From: Macrostomum lignano
Taxonomy: Eukaryota
DNA length: 64,000 nucleotides
Direction of reading: 5' to 3'
Assembly: GCA_002269645.1 (NCBI GenBank)
Contig: NIVC01000075.1
Coordinates: forward strand, 128,996 to 192,995
Positions 1 to 12,320 of the stretch are shown piece after piece (the stretch's first letter is position 1; each line of letters begins with the position of its first letter). The position numbers and the translations under genes were made by a program. Below the pieces are notes generated by a model that was given only the letters and a program-made list of their open reading frames with translations, was not told the origin of the DNA and did no database searches.

Positions 1-149
1 TTCAATTCCTGAGAGCAAAATCTTATCCCTTTTAAATGTGACCCGGCCCATCTATATCTCAGGTGCTTTCTGCTTTCGCAAGCATCTTTCTATTTCCTTA
101 TGCGGTTGCTGTTTGGAGTTCCTTCGCTAGAGGGGCGCCAAATAATAGA

Positions 150-625
150 TAGAGAAGGCGCTGAATTATGGATAGAGAGACGTAAAATTTTGAATAGAGA
201 GGCGCCAGGTTATGGATAGAGAGGCGCCAGGTTATGGATAGAGAGGCGCCAAGTTATGGATAGAGAGGTGCCAAGTTATGGATAGAGAGGTGCCAAGTTA
301 TGGATAGAGAGGCGCCAAGCTATGGATAGAGAGGCGCCAAGTTATGGATAGAGAGGTGCCAAGTTATGGATAGAGAGGCGCCAAGTTATGGATAGAGAAG
401 GCGCTAAATTATGGATAGAGAGGCGCCAAGCTATGGATAGAGAGGCGCCAAGTTATGGATAGAGAGGTGCCAAGTTATGGATAGAGAGGCGCCAAGTTAT
501 GGATAGAGAAGGCGCTAAATTATGGATAGAGAGGCGCCAAGTTATGGATAGAGAGGCGCCAAGTTATGGATAGAGAGGCCCCAAGCTATGGATAGAGAGG
601 TGCCAAGTTGTGGATAGAGAAAGGC
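150..625. repeat. 22-bp minisatellite (GTTATGGATAGAGAGGCGCCAA)n, about 20 copies
   Basis: Direct tandem periodicity read from the sequence; GGCGCC core. Confidence 0.95.
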
Positions 626-698
626 AATTTTTATGATGCGTTCTCATAGTGACATGACTCATAATGCTGGCATTTCCCCCTGGCCACCCCACTCACAG

Positions 699-1070
699 CG
701 CACCCTGTCAGGAGTGCCCATGATCGCCACTTCGCCGCTGCCTCACATTGTCGGCTCCAGCAGCGGCGCCGGCATCAGCGGCGGCGGCGGCGGCGGCGCC
801 CCCTGCGGCCAGCCCATCGACGTGCAGTCTTTCGTGTCTCCATGGGGACTGACTCCCACATCATCAGGCTCTGACCAGACTGTGCAGCCTCCGCCGCCGC
901 CGCCTCCGCCGCCTCCTCCGCCACCACCGCCGCCGCCGCCGCCATTTCAGCAGCTGGTGAGCGCTTATCAGAGTCTGTACCCGTCTGATGAGGAGGATGA
1001 CACGTGCGTGTCTCTGCCCGATCCCGACTCGTGTCTGTACCAGCCTGCGGTTACTAGGCAACCAATCTGA
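699..1070 (+). CDS. Probable terminal coding exon (Gly- and Pro-rich, low complexity) of a gene starting upstream of the window
   Basis: Pyrimidine-rich acceptor ...ccccactcacag at 698, GC-rich open frame RTLSGVPM...poly-G...poly-P...RQPI, stop at 1068-1070. No recognisable domain. Confidence 0.5.
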   Translation, partial: RTLSGVPMIATSPLPHIVGSSSGAGISGGGGGGAPCGQPIDVQSFVSPWGLTPTSSGSDQTVQPPPPPPPPPPPPPPPPPPPFQQLVSAYQSLYPSDEEDDTCVSLPDPDSCLYQPAVTRQPI

Positions 1071-1169
1071 TCCTCTTGACTCTGAATTCTTTACTTGCTT
1101 TTTGCTTGTATTTTATTGCATTGTTGCAAATTGTTCTCCTTTAAAGCGTCTAAAAGTGATTATGTCAAG

Positions 1170-1575
1170 GGTTGGTGTCTATGGCGCCAAAGAGTTGGTG
1201 TCTATGGCGCCAAGGAGTTGGTGTCCATGGCGCCAAAGAGTTGGTGTCTATTGCGCTAAGGAGTTGGTGTCTATGGCGCCAAAGAGTTGGTGTCCATGGC
1301 GCTAGTAGTTGGTGTCCATGGCGCCAAAGAGTTGGTGTCTATGGCGCCAAAGTGTTGGTGTCTATGGCGCCAAAGTGTTGGTGTCTATGGTGCCAAAGAG
1401 TTGGTGTCCATGGCGCCAAAGAGTTGGTGTCTATGGCGCCAAAGTGTTGGTGTCTATGGTGCCAAAGAGTTGGTGTCCATGGCGCCAAAGAGTTGGTGTC
1501 CATGGCGCCAAAGAGTTGGTGTCCATGGCGCCAAAGAGTTGGTGTCCATGACGCCAAGGAGTTGGTGTCCATGGG
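1170..1575. repeat. 23-bp minisatellite (GAGTTGGTGTCTATGGCGCCAAA)n
   Basis: Tandem periodicity; explains the overlapping ORFs at 1172-1655. Confidence 0.95.
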
Positions 1576-2069
1576 GCCCAGGACTCAGGAGGTGGTGTTT
1601 ATCCAAAAATAGTCAAAATCGACAATCATTGCTAAGTGAAACAATCCCTGTTTAAATGACTCGCTTTTCTGTTAAAATTTTCATCCGCAATTATATTGAA
1701 AATCTCTGTTTTGATTGAATGGCAACTCTCTGTAGCGATAGGTGTAACAAGTTTTTTATCAAATTTCTTGCTACCTTGTTTATTTGCATGTTATTTTATC
1801 CCTCACACACGATAATTGATGCTCGCAAAGACTTGATGCCCTTCGCTTTAAATTGTTGTGCGCACGATGGAACTGTCAAATCTCATGCTTAGTTATTCAA
1901 TTTTTGATGATACTTACAGCACAGCTGCCTACTTGCCAATTCGTACCAACGCAAACTTTGACTAATGGCTCTCGGCTATCCTCAAGCCTGTCCAACTTCT
2001 AAATGTAATTCTGTTCATTTTGTTTGACTGCAGTGAAATCTGTCCAATTCTGCTGGTGCATGTGCTCGA

Positions 2070-2550
2070 TCTATCACACCTAATCTACGTCTGTCTCATC
2101 CTAATGTCCGTCTATCTCATCCTAATCTACGTCTGTCTCATCCTAATGTCCGTATATCTCATCCTAATCTCCGTCTATCTCATCATAATCTCCGTCTATC
2201 TCACCCTAATCTCCGTCTATCTCCCCCTAATCTCTGTCTATCTCACTCTATCTCACCCCTAATCTCCATCTGTCTCACCCTAATCTCCGTCTATCTCATC
2301 CTAATCTCCGTCTATCTCATCCTAATCTCCGTCTATCTCATCCTAATCTCCGTCTATCTCATCCTAATCTCCGTCTATCTCACCCTAATCTCCGTCTTTC
2401 TCACCCTAATCTCTGTCTATCTCACTCTAATCCCCGTCTATCTCACCCCTAATCTCCATCTGTATCACCCTAATCCCCGTCTATCTCATCCTAATCTCCG
2501 TCTATCTCACCCAAATTTTCGTTTATCCCATCTCTAGGGATAATCTCCAT
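2070..2550. repeat. 21-bp minisatellite (CTAATCTCCGTCTATCTCATC)n
   Basis: Tandem periodicity. Confidence 0.9.
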
Positions 2551-3879
2551 CTCTCACCCGTGGGAAGACTTGGATTTCGCTTACCTGTAAATCGCAGACA
2601 CAAAACTATCCAATACCAATTGCAACGCAATGCTATGCATACCGGTATTCGCAAAGCAAAGTTTCAACTTAAAGTAAAGTAAAATCGTTTTTAGTCATCA
2701 GTTCAACTCTCACTCTCTCTCGTATCGGTGGATTTTTCTTGTGAGCACCGAGGCGGCAGATACGACACACCCCCACCCACCAAGGCATGGCGATCGAACC
2801 ATCGAAGTCGGCTAATGATGTTTTTCGAACACTCGCTATCAAAAATTGTGTAATTCGTGCGTGTGTGTAAAAAATAAACAGTTCGTATAATAAATAGTAG
2901 CAGCTTCTGAGCATAACGCTTGCGTCGGATAAAATATGAAATTATTCATTTTTTAATACTTTGCAGCACTGTAGGCACTGTAGGTCGCGAGATTCAAGCA
3001 CACGAGGGCCAAACCACAGTCAGGGGCTGTACACCCCGTGTGAGCGTGTGTACGAGTGCTTGCCTGCAGAATGCCTCAGAGCTGGCTGTGAGACGGCAAC
3101 TCATAAGTCTGACGAGTGTCTATGGCCAAAACTCGGCAATTCCTTTCATACATACATTTTCTTTCTTTCATATTGAAGGCTGATGAAGTTGATAAAAACA
3201 GCTGTATAAACTTCCAAAAAACACAGGACTCAATGCTGAGAAGTGGCAACTTACTGTCCACAGACAGAAGCAGCTCCTGGCGGTACTGCATTGCTTGGAA
3301 AGGTGTGAAAATCTGTTCCTAGATTCAAGGATTCAGCTTTCACAGCCGATCCCAGCCCAGAGCCCAGAGAGACACCGCTGCCACCCAAACCCACAAGTTC
3401 GCATGTGGCCGGCAGATGTGAGTGTCACACTGGTATGCTGGCGAAGGCCTCCGCCTCCCCTCCGCTTCCCTACCAACCATTCCTGCTGTATTTTCCTGAC
3501 CGGAATGACACATTTTCAGCAGGTGGGGCTGCGTCTTCAAAGCGGCAGCTGACGCTTCGGCATAGAGACATTTTTAGCCATGCCTTGCACTACCTGCATA
3601 TGGGTGCAGGGGGCTTTAACAACCACCCAGAGAGAGAGAGAGGCGCTTCGGTATCCAGCTGGGCAACTCTAACTTTTGCAAGCAAAAAACCTCCTTGAAT
3701 GCTGGGGTCCCTTGACATGGGAGTTTTGGATTTATATTCGAATGGGAAGTGACGGCGATGTTGACTGGTTTTGCTCAATGAGGTAAACGACTTATTCTCA
3801 GTTGCACTTTTGTATTGTTTTAAACTGTTTGTCTTCTTTTATCTCCCTATCTCCCTTCATAACTCCATTTCCTTGCATC

Positions 3880-4415
3880 TTTTCATGTCCTTCATCTCTC
3901 CATGTCTCTTCATCTCTCAATGTCCTTTCATCTCTCCATGTCTCTTCATCTCTCCATGTCTCTTCATCTCTCCATGTCCCTTCATCTCTCCATGTCCCTT
4001 CATCTCTCCATCTCCATTCATCTCTCCATGTCTCTTCATCTCTCCATGTCTCTTCATCTCTCCATGTCCCTTCATCTCTCCATGTCTCTTCATCTCTCCA
4101 TGTCCCTTCATCTCTCCATGTCTCTTCATCTCTCCATGTCTCTTCATCTCTCCATGTCTCTTTATCTCTCCATATCCCTTCATTTCCCAATGTCCCTTCA
4201 TCTCTCCATGTCTCTTCATCTCCCCATGTCTCTTCATTTCCCAATGTCCCTTCATCTCTCCATCTCCATTCGTCTCTCCATCTCCCTTCATCTCCCAATG
4301 TCCCTTCATCTCTCCATCTCCATTCATCTCTCCATCTCCATTCATCTCTCCATGTCCCTTCATTTCTCCATGTCCTTTCATCTCCCAATGTCCCTTCATC
4401 TCTATCTCTATCTCT
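3880..4415. repeat. 18-bp minisatellite (CATCTCTCCATGTCCCTT)n
   Basis: Tandem periodicity; produces ORFs in several frames on both strands. Confidence 0.95.
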
Positions 4416-4780
4416 AACAATCAAGATGAAGTTAGCTCGTACGCTCCTATTTGCTGATTTTACCCAGGCATGAGATACAGTAGGATCCATGCTTTCTATT
4501 AAACAAAAAATTAATTTCACATAATTTTCCTTAACAGAAAACGGTCTATAAAAGAAAATCTACGCCAGGACAAGGCAGTGCGCTTATAAAATTTCTACTG
4601 GAGAACAGAAAATTTTAAGTGAAACTAAAATTCAACGTCTAACTTAGCATTTCTGTGCGATAGAGCATAATTCGAATATTATTATACGTACGGTAAAAGT
4701 CTGAACTTGCTACTGAATAATCTACAAGTCAGTAGTGCAGTTGGAACGCGTTTCTAAATATTTTTTTGGTTGTCTTATTT

Positions 4781-7700
4781 TCAAACGCTTATTGGTGCAG
4801 CAGTCGACGCTGCTTCATATGATGAAGCGTTGCCACGGTTACTCTGATGCTGCTGCTGTCGTCGCGTTGCAGACAGCAGAGGCGGCAGGAACTCGCGATG
4901 AGCGCTGAGAATACAGCCGGGCGTGTGCGAGGGCTTGCCGCAGGCCAGGCAGAGACCCTGCGGCGGCGTGTTGGAGGGGAGCGCCAAAGTTTAGATTGGG
5001 CACCGAAATCTATCTAGATGGCTGAGCCGATTTCTAGATATTGGGGGCGCCGATTTCTATCTAGGTGGGGGGCCAATTCTATCTAGATGGCTGAGCCGAT
5101 TTCTAGATATTGGGGGCGCCGATTTCTATCTTGATGGGGGCGCCGATTTCTATCTGGATGGGGGCGCCGATTTCTATCTTGATGGGCGGCGCCGATTTCT
5201 ATCTTGATGGGGGCGTCTAATTCCATCTGGATGGGGGCGTCTAATTCCATCTGGATGGGGGCGTCTAATTCCATCTGGATGGGGGCGCCAATTCTATCTA
5301 GATGGGGGCGCCGATTTCTAGATATTGGGGGCGCCGAATTCTATCTTGATGGGGGCGCTAAATTGTATCCAGATGGGGTAGCCAATTTCTAGATATTGGG
5401 GGGCCAATTTCTACATATTGAGGGCGCCGATTTCTAGATATTGGGGAAACGCTGATCTCAAGATACTGGGAACGCCGATTTCTAGATATTGGGGAAACGC
5501 TGATCTCAAGATACTGGGAACGCCGATTTCTAGATATTGGGGAAACGCTGATCTCAAGATACTGGGAACGCCGATTTCTAGATATTGGGGAAACGCTGAT
5601 CTCAAGATACTGGGAACGCCGATTTCTAGATATTGGGGAAACGCTGATCTCAGGATACTGGGAACGCCGATTTCTAGATATTGGGGGCGCCGATTTCTAT
5701 CAGGATGGGGGAGCCGATTTCTATCTTGATGGGGTGCCAATTTCTATCTAGATGGGGGCGCCGATTTCTAGATATTGGGGGCGCCGATTTCTATCAGGAT
5801 GGGGGAGCCGATTTCTATCTTGATGGGGTGCCAATTTCTATCTAGATGGGGGCGCCGATTTCTAGATATTGGGGGCGCCAATGTCTATAGTAGAGGGCCT
5901 CAGAATTTAATATTGTGCGTTCGATTTCAACTCGAAGAAAACAAAGAAAAATCATTACCGATCGATGAAACTCACCCCGAAAGTCTGAAATGAAGTTTCG
6001 CGCAGAGAATCGAGGCGTTGTTGGTAATAACGTTGTTATAATCTTTTCGAACATTGAAGCGACAAACTAGTGAGTTGCACTTTAGGCTTGACAACTAACT
6101 TACTTGAATCTGAAATTTAAATTGACGATTAAACTCATTAAAATGTTGTCTGTAGGGTTCAACATTTTTGGTTAGGTACCTGTTTTAATCAACTTACAAT
6201 CTGAGAAATTTCAGTTGAGGACAGCGTTTCCATTTTCAAGTTGCGCTCGTGTGATATGAAATTATAAAAAGTCAAAAATAGAGTTTTTTGTAAGTAATTT
6301 TTGAGTCACTGCAGCCCAATTTGAGTCACTGCAGCCCAATTTGAGTCCCTGCAGCCCAATTTGAGTCACTGCAACCCAATTTGAGTCACTGCAGCCCAAT
6401 TTGAGTCACTGCAGCCCAATTTGAGTCACTGCAGCCCAATTTGAGTCACTGCAACCCAATTTGAGTCACTGCAGCCCAATTTGAGTCCCTGCAGCCCAAT
6501 TTGAGTCACTGCAGCCCAATTTGAGTCACTGCAGCCCAATTTGAGTCACTGCAGCCCAATTTGAGTCACTGCAGCCCAATTTGAGTCACTGCAGCCCAAT
6601 TTGAGTCACTGCAGCCCAATTTGAGTCACTGCAGCCCAATTTGAGTCACTGCAGCCCAATTTGAGTCACTGCAGCCCAATTTGAGTCACTGCAGCGCAGT
6701 TTGAGATAAGCGTACTGGGGCGGCACAACCACATGATAAGGTGCTCAGAGAATTGTGAAATACTGTTATCAAAATTCTTCAGCACTAGCTTGTGGAGAGT
6801 GCTTAAGCACCAAAAACTAAGTACTGATGTAAGACTTAGCGAATGCATCCCTGAAGGCTTTCCCGCAGACTTTGCCAATGTTTGACTTTCATCCTCCATC
6901 GTGCGCGTTGACTTAACGGCTGGAAAGAAAATTGGCAATAGCGGGTTAAAGAGTTTAAAGTTTGCTTTGTTTAAACGGGAGACTGTGGAAAAAAATTTAC
7001 TTTGGGGGGAAACTCTTTAGATCCTTCTACCGCTGTGTATAAGTAGCTCGTACAGTAGAAGACTAAGGAGTACCGATATCCGATATTGAGCGGAGCACTC
7101 AATGATTATGCAGCATGAGTATCGCGAAGGAGAATCCCCGAGGAACCCACGCTAACTATTTGACCTTGAATCACGTGACTATTTCGTGCCTTGCTAGTAA
7201 TCATTTATGGCGGCGAAGAATCCCAGAGAAAACCACATTAAACTATGACATCGAATCTGACCTTGAACCCATGGCCTTGAAACCGTATTTGACCTTGAAC
7301 CCGTATTTGAACTTGAACCCATGCGCCTATCTCCTTCGACGAGAGAGACGAGAGTTCAAGTTCAAATACGGGTTTAAGGTGTCTTGCTACATAATCGATA
7401 ATATTGCGACAGATGACAAAGAATTCCTGAAGAAACCACACCTACTATTTGACCTTGAATCACGCGAATACCTCGTGCCTTGCTATATAATCGATACTTT
7501 TGCGACGGAAGACGGAGAATCCCCGAGGAAACTACAACTACCATTTGACCTTGAATCACGCGTCTATTTCGTGTCTTGCTATTACAGCATTGCGATTAAA
7601 AATCCTCTTAAAGCATTTTAAAAATGCTAGTAAAATTAAAAAAAAAGAGTCTCACCCCTCCGTGCCACCTGCAGGCGGTCTCGTGATTGGAATCGCAGTT

Positions 7701-8825
7701 GAAGACCCGCCTGCAGCGTTCGCAGCGTTTCATAGCGTCGCAGCTGTTCAAGCTGGCGACCGCGGTCAGGTGAGGCAGCGGCTGGCGTCGGGCGAAGCCT
7801 TGCACACCCATCCGCTCCAGGTGGCACAACTCGGTGCGCCGAAATTCCTGCATTGTTACTAGACTGTGCTCACGCAGTAGTCTGTTGAGACAATTCAAAG
7901 TTATTTTAACTCCAGAAATAATGAGTTACACAGTATAATTTAAAATTTGGTGGCATCGTCAACTGAAGCTTACCTGTAGTGCTCCAGCACGTCCTTGTTG
8001 CACTGCTTCATGCACTGTTTTCTGGCCAATTTCAGCTCTAAATCGTGGCACCGAGCTTTCAACTGGTGCGCCATCAAGTCTTTGTTCAGCATCTGCTTCT
8101 TGCAGACTCGACATTCCACTCTAAATTGGAATATTGATTGGGAAGGGTTTTGGGCTATGGATTATGGTCTTTCTAAAAATGGCTCATTCTATCCCATTCT
8201 ACACGAGCTAGCATTCTGTTCCCTCAAGAATCTCTTTCAGTTGTGAGCCTAAAGTGATTGACAAGCATTTTCGACACAGTGAAATGTTGATCCCCAACTA
8301 TCCTATCTCAAAGTCTCACCAGTCTCACCACAAGTCTCACACCAACCCTACCCCGTCTCACCGCTTGAACGGGCACTCGGAGTCGTGCTGTTCAGCCAGC
8401 TCCCTTCTGTACACCTTGGCGCAGCCGGCATGGCCGCAAGCGACCTCCGTCTTGCCGCAGTTGGCGCCAAAATGGCGGCCAAGCTCGGACAGTCGCAGGC
8501 CAGTCGAGCCGCAGCGTTTCGGACAGGACAGGCGGAGGCTGGCCAGCTCAACCCGGATCCAGTTCGGCACGCCTTTACCATTGAGCAGCTGCTCAAGACT
8601 CGAATCTTCTCCAGAATTATCCAGCACGATTCGATCGTGACAACTCGGGCAGCGGAACAGTTTCTGCCGGCCAGTGGATTTCCTGAGCAGGCAGGTGCTG
8701 CAGACCAGGTGCTGACCGGAGCACGGCAGGCAGACCGGGCTCTCCAGAACGCAGCCGCAGGCTGAACACTTCACCTCGGATTTGATGGAGTCCGCATTTG
8801 GAAACAGAGTCAGCTTGTAGCCCAT
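4781..8825 (-). CDS. RING-finger + TRAF-type zinc-finger protein (putative E3 ligase), 337 aa; join(8825-8362, 8120-7974, 7881-7656, 4957-4781)
   Basis: Exon 1 has a RING-like CSAC...CLPC..HLVCSTC...CPSC and TRAF-type fingers CPKRC...HFGANC and CGHAGC...HDSEC. All three introns are GT-AG with matching phases (2,2,0); total 1014 nt. Exon 4 is the least certain. Confidence 0.85.
5020..5885. repeat. Complex GGCGCC-core minisatellite with an internal 48-bp sub-array (about 5430-5680), in intron 3 of the RING gene
   Basis: Recurring GGGGCGCCGATTTCTA motif; 48-bp period read directly. Confidence 0.9.
6300..6695. repeat. 20-bp minisatellite (TTGAGTCACTGCAGCCCAAT)n, about 19 near-identical copies
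   Basis: Tandem periodicity. Confidence 0.95.
7115..7600. repeat. Degenerate composite repeat (TTTGACCTTGAATCACG motif) with a central 27-bp inverted repeat
   Basis: Motif recurs near 7160, 7450 and 7545; inverted arms at 7292-7318 and 7354-7380. Confidence 0.7.
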
Positions 8826-9234
8826 GGCTCAGAGCCTGACTGGCCTGACGGCTCTGCGGCTGTCTGGCTCTCTCTTGAAAAGCTGTCTTTAAAAAACAGC
8901 ACTATTGAAGTCTGTTTATACTGGCTCAGTGCGCGGATTGCTCACTCGCACCCCCCTGACAGTATTATTGGGCAAGAGATGGAGAGCGAGGTAGACATGC
9001 AGCAGACACCTTGGAGAGAGAGGGAGAGAGAGGGAGAGAGAGAGAGACTAGCTAGATGAAATAGCAGTGCAGTGTGGCTTTGGCCGGGGACATCTAAACT
9101 ATCTGGACTGGAAGTAGACCTGTACCCACATAAAAAATCCTGCCAACAAAAGAGGAGATGACATGCGAGGAAGGAAGATTAGATGAGATGAAAAGATAGA
9201 ATAGAAAGAATGAAAGAAGAGAGGTAATGAAACG

Positions 9235-9480
9235 AAATAAGTAGATGAGATGAGATGAAATGAGATGAGATGCGATAAAATGAGATGAGAGGATGATAGG
9301 AAATGGTATTAAATGAGTGGATGAATGAATGAGAAGATATGAGGAGAGGAGAGGAAAGGAGAGGAGAGGAGAGGACAGAAGAGGAGAGGAGAGGAGAGGA
9401 GAGGAGAGGAGAGGAGAGGAGAGGAGAGGAGAGGAGAGGAGAAAAGAGCAGAGGAAAGGAGAGCAGACGAGAGGAGAAGA
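9235..9480. repeat. (GAGAT)n / (GAGGA)n microsatellite
   Basis: Pentanucleotide runs. Confidence 0.9.
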
Positions 9481-10214
9481 CGGTAAAAACAACATTGCAG
9501 TGAATTCCTATTCAAAACTTTTCAACTTGTTATAAATGGTTGAGAATTTTTTCTACGGTACAATTACATTAGACGCTAAAGTAAGGGTCATGCGTCGTTT
9601 TGAAGTAGTTCATAAATCAGTGAAGGTGTCCCGCTAATTTCGTCAATTCCTCTTGTGTGGCAAATTTCGCAAGACTTGGCGTTGGGGTACAGACTTCTAC
9701 GAGCTACTAGTCCAAATTTGTCAGATGTCCTTGGATAGAGTTTTGGGTGCTTATTAGAAACTGCATCTCCTCTACTCCATTATATTCTCAGCGCAGCAAA
9801 ACCGCTTGGAGTCTACACTCCGATATGAATGCGGGGTTTTATTCATCTCTTTTTGAAAAGCAGGCCCCAAAGCTGTCAGCTCTAAGGCAAAAAATGGAAG
9901 AGTGGGCAGACAGAGAAGCTTGGAGGCTATTGAGGTGGATAGATCCATACCAATATGAGAAGCGCATGTTGTTCATAGCCTGCGCAAAATATTAGGCAGG
10001 CACAATGATAGTTGAAGACAGGGTAACGTCAAAATAGGTTTATTAAAAATTATATGAAGCTACATTGAACCTTTTGATAGAGCTAAGGCCTTTGTCCAGT
10101 GCAAGGCATTGTATCAGTCAGTGTGCCTGGGAAGTTAATAAATGCATTTTTATTATCCTACTTAATAATTGCTTCGGTGCGAAAGTGATAAGAGGGCCAA
10201 GGCAAAAAATAAAC

Positions 10215-10370
10215 AGAGAGGAGAGGAGAGCAGAGGAGGTGAGGTGAGGTGAGAGGAGAGGAGAGGAGGTGAGGTGAGGTGAGGTGAGAGGAGAGGAAGG
10301 GAGAGGATGTAGAGAGGGGAGAGGGGAAGGCAGAGGAGAGAAGAGAGACGGTGTGTGGAGAGGAGAGTGC
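10215..10370. repeat. (GAGGA)n/(GAGGT)n purine-rich microsatellite
   Basis: Pentanucleotide runs. Confidence 0.85.
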
Positions 10371-11189
10371 ATGATATGGATGGCTATAATTCTTTGTACG
10401 CTCGTATATTTCTAAGAGTTCTGCAGTTGCCTAACTCTCATAAAAAGTATACAAAATTTAGCAATCTTTTATCACTCTACTGTAAGTAATACTAGTAAGA
10501 TTTTATTTATATCTCAAGTCACGTAAATAGATGAACTCTCACGAATTTTTCTCTTTTTCTCTAATAATCAATCATGCATTATTCCGAATGTCACTAAAAT
10601 TTATTCAATTCGACAACCTTATTCAAGAATTTCAATCCAATTATTCACAAAGCAGTTATTTCTATGCACATGCATTACATTAATCAAAATCAGAAAAATG
10701 CAAAAAAATCAACGGACTCTGACTATTCGGCACACTAGCTCGTATTCTCTGGCTGAACGCGTGAAGCTTGCGTTCCGGCATCCCTACCCCGAGGGGACAA
10801 AAATGTAGAGGAGCGGGAACTGATGCGCCCGCCCCCAGCATTGACTTCCTTCAAAAATACGAGTATCTATAGGTAAAAAAAGACAGGATGCGAATTTCGC
10901 GAGCGGCATATTTGGGAAAATTACAACCCAGCTTCCCCAGTTTCAGGCCGCGCTCTCGGCAAGCTGGGACTTTCTCTTTGAGTAGCAAATTGCACAGGCG
11001 GCCCAACTCCGCTGCTTCTTTGCAGCCCCGGGGCTCCCGGCCGCTCCCTGATCTCCTCCTCATTAGCGAATTCGGCCTGACCGAAGGAGACGCGGGACGA
11101 GAGACGAAGGGATGGAGGATGACATGCAGGCTGTTGTTTTTGTGTGAGCTCGCAGGCAGGGGCTGCGACGGAATTCAGCGAGGGTTCAA

Positions 11190-12320
11190 GTAAACAAGTG
11201 AGAGGTAAAGATAGGAAGATAGGAGAGTTAAGAGAGGAAGGGACTGCGGAAGGGGGAGAGAGGAAGGAAAAGAGGAAGGAAGAAAAGAAAGGATAGAGAA
11301 AGGGAGAGAGGAAGGGAGAGAGGAAGGGGAGAGGAAGAGAGAGAAGGAGGGAGAGAGAAAGGGAGAGAGTAAGGGAGGGAGGGAGGGAGGAAGGAAGGAA
11401 GGGAGGAAGGGAGAGAGGAAGGGAGGGAGGAAGGAAGGGAGGAAGGAAGAGAGGAAAGGAGAAAGAAGGGAGAGAAGAAGGGAGAGAGAAAGGGAGAGAG
11501 GAAGGGAGAGAGGAAGGAAGAGAGGAAAGGAGAAAGAAGGGAGAGAAGAAGGGAGAGAGAAAGGGAGGGAGGAAGGAAGGGAGGAAGGAAGAGAGGAAAG
11601 GAGAAAGAAGGGAGAGAAGAAGGGAGAGAGAGAAAGGGAGAGAAGAAGGGAGAGAGAAAGGGAGAGAGAAAGGGAGAGAGGAAGGGAGAGAGGAAGGAAA
11701 AGAGGAAGGAAGAAAAGAAAGGATAGAAAAAGGGAGAGAGGAAGGGAGAGAGGAAGGGGAGAGGAAGGGAGAGAAGGAGGGAGAGAGAAAGGGAGAGAGT
11801 AAGGGAGGGAGGGAGGGAGGAAGGAAGGAAGGGAGGAAGGGAGAGAGGAAGGGAGGGAGGAAGGAAGGGAGGAAGGAAGAGAGGAAAGGAGAAAGAAGGG
11901 AGAGAAGAAGGGAGAGAGAAAGGGAGAGAGGAAGGGAGAGAGGAAGGAAGAGAGGAAAGGAGAAAGAAGGGAGAGAAGAAGGGAGAGAGAAAGGGAGGGA
12001 GGAAGGAAGGGAGGAAGGAAGAGAGGAAAGGAGAAAGAAGGGAGAGAAGAAGGGAGAGAGAGAAAGGGAGAGAAGAAGGGAGAGAGAAAGGGAGAGAGAA
12101 AGGGAGAGAGGAAGGGAGAGAGGAAGGAAAAGAGGAAGGAAGAAAAGAAAGGATAGAAAAAGGGAGAGAGGAAGGGAGAGAGGAAGGGGAGAGGAAGGGA
12201 GAGAAGGAGGGAGAGAGAAAGGGAGAGAGTAAGGGAGGGAGGGAGGGAGGAAGGAAGGAAGGGAGGAAGGGAGAGAGGAAGGGAGGGAGGAAGGAAGGGA
12301 GGAAGGGAGAGAGGAATGGA
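11190..12320. repeat. Polypurine (G/A) tract with a hidden 430-bp period
   Basis: Almost only G and A; the marker AGGAAGGAAAAGAGGAAGGAAGAAAAGAAAGGATAG starts at 11261, 11691 and 12121. Confidence 0.9.

Noticed and set aside
3199-3698. Open frames with protein-like stretches (LYKLPKNTGLNAEKWQLTVHRQKQLL...)
   Set aside because: I could not build a phase-consistent exon chain or recognise a domain; this may be an unrecognised exon set or a TE relic.
1172-5993. Many ORFs over the 1.2-1.6, 3.8-4.5 and 5.0-6.0 kb arrays
   Set aside because: They are translations of minisatellites, open in several frames and on both strands, with frameshifting unit variants.
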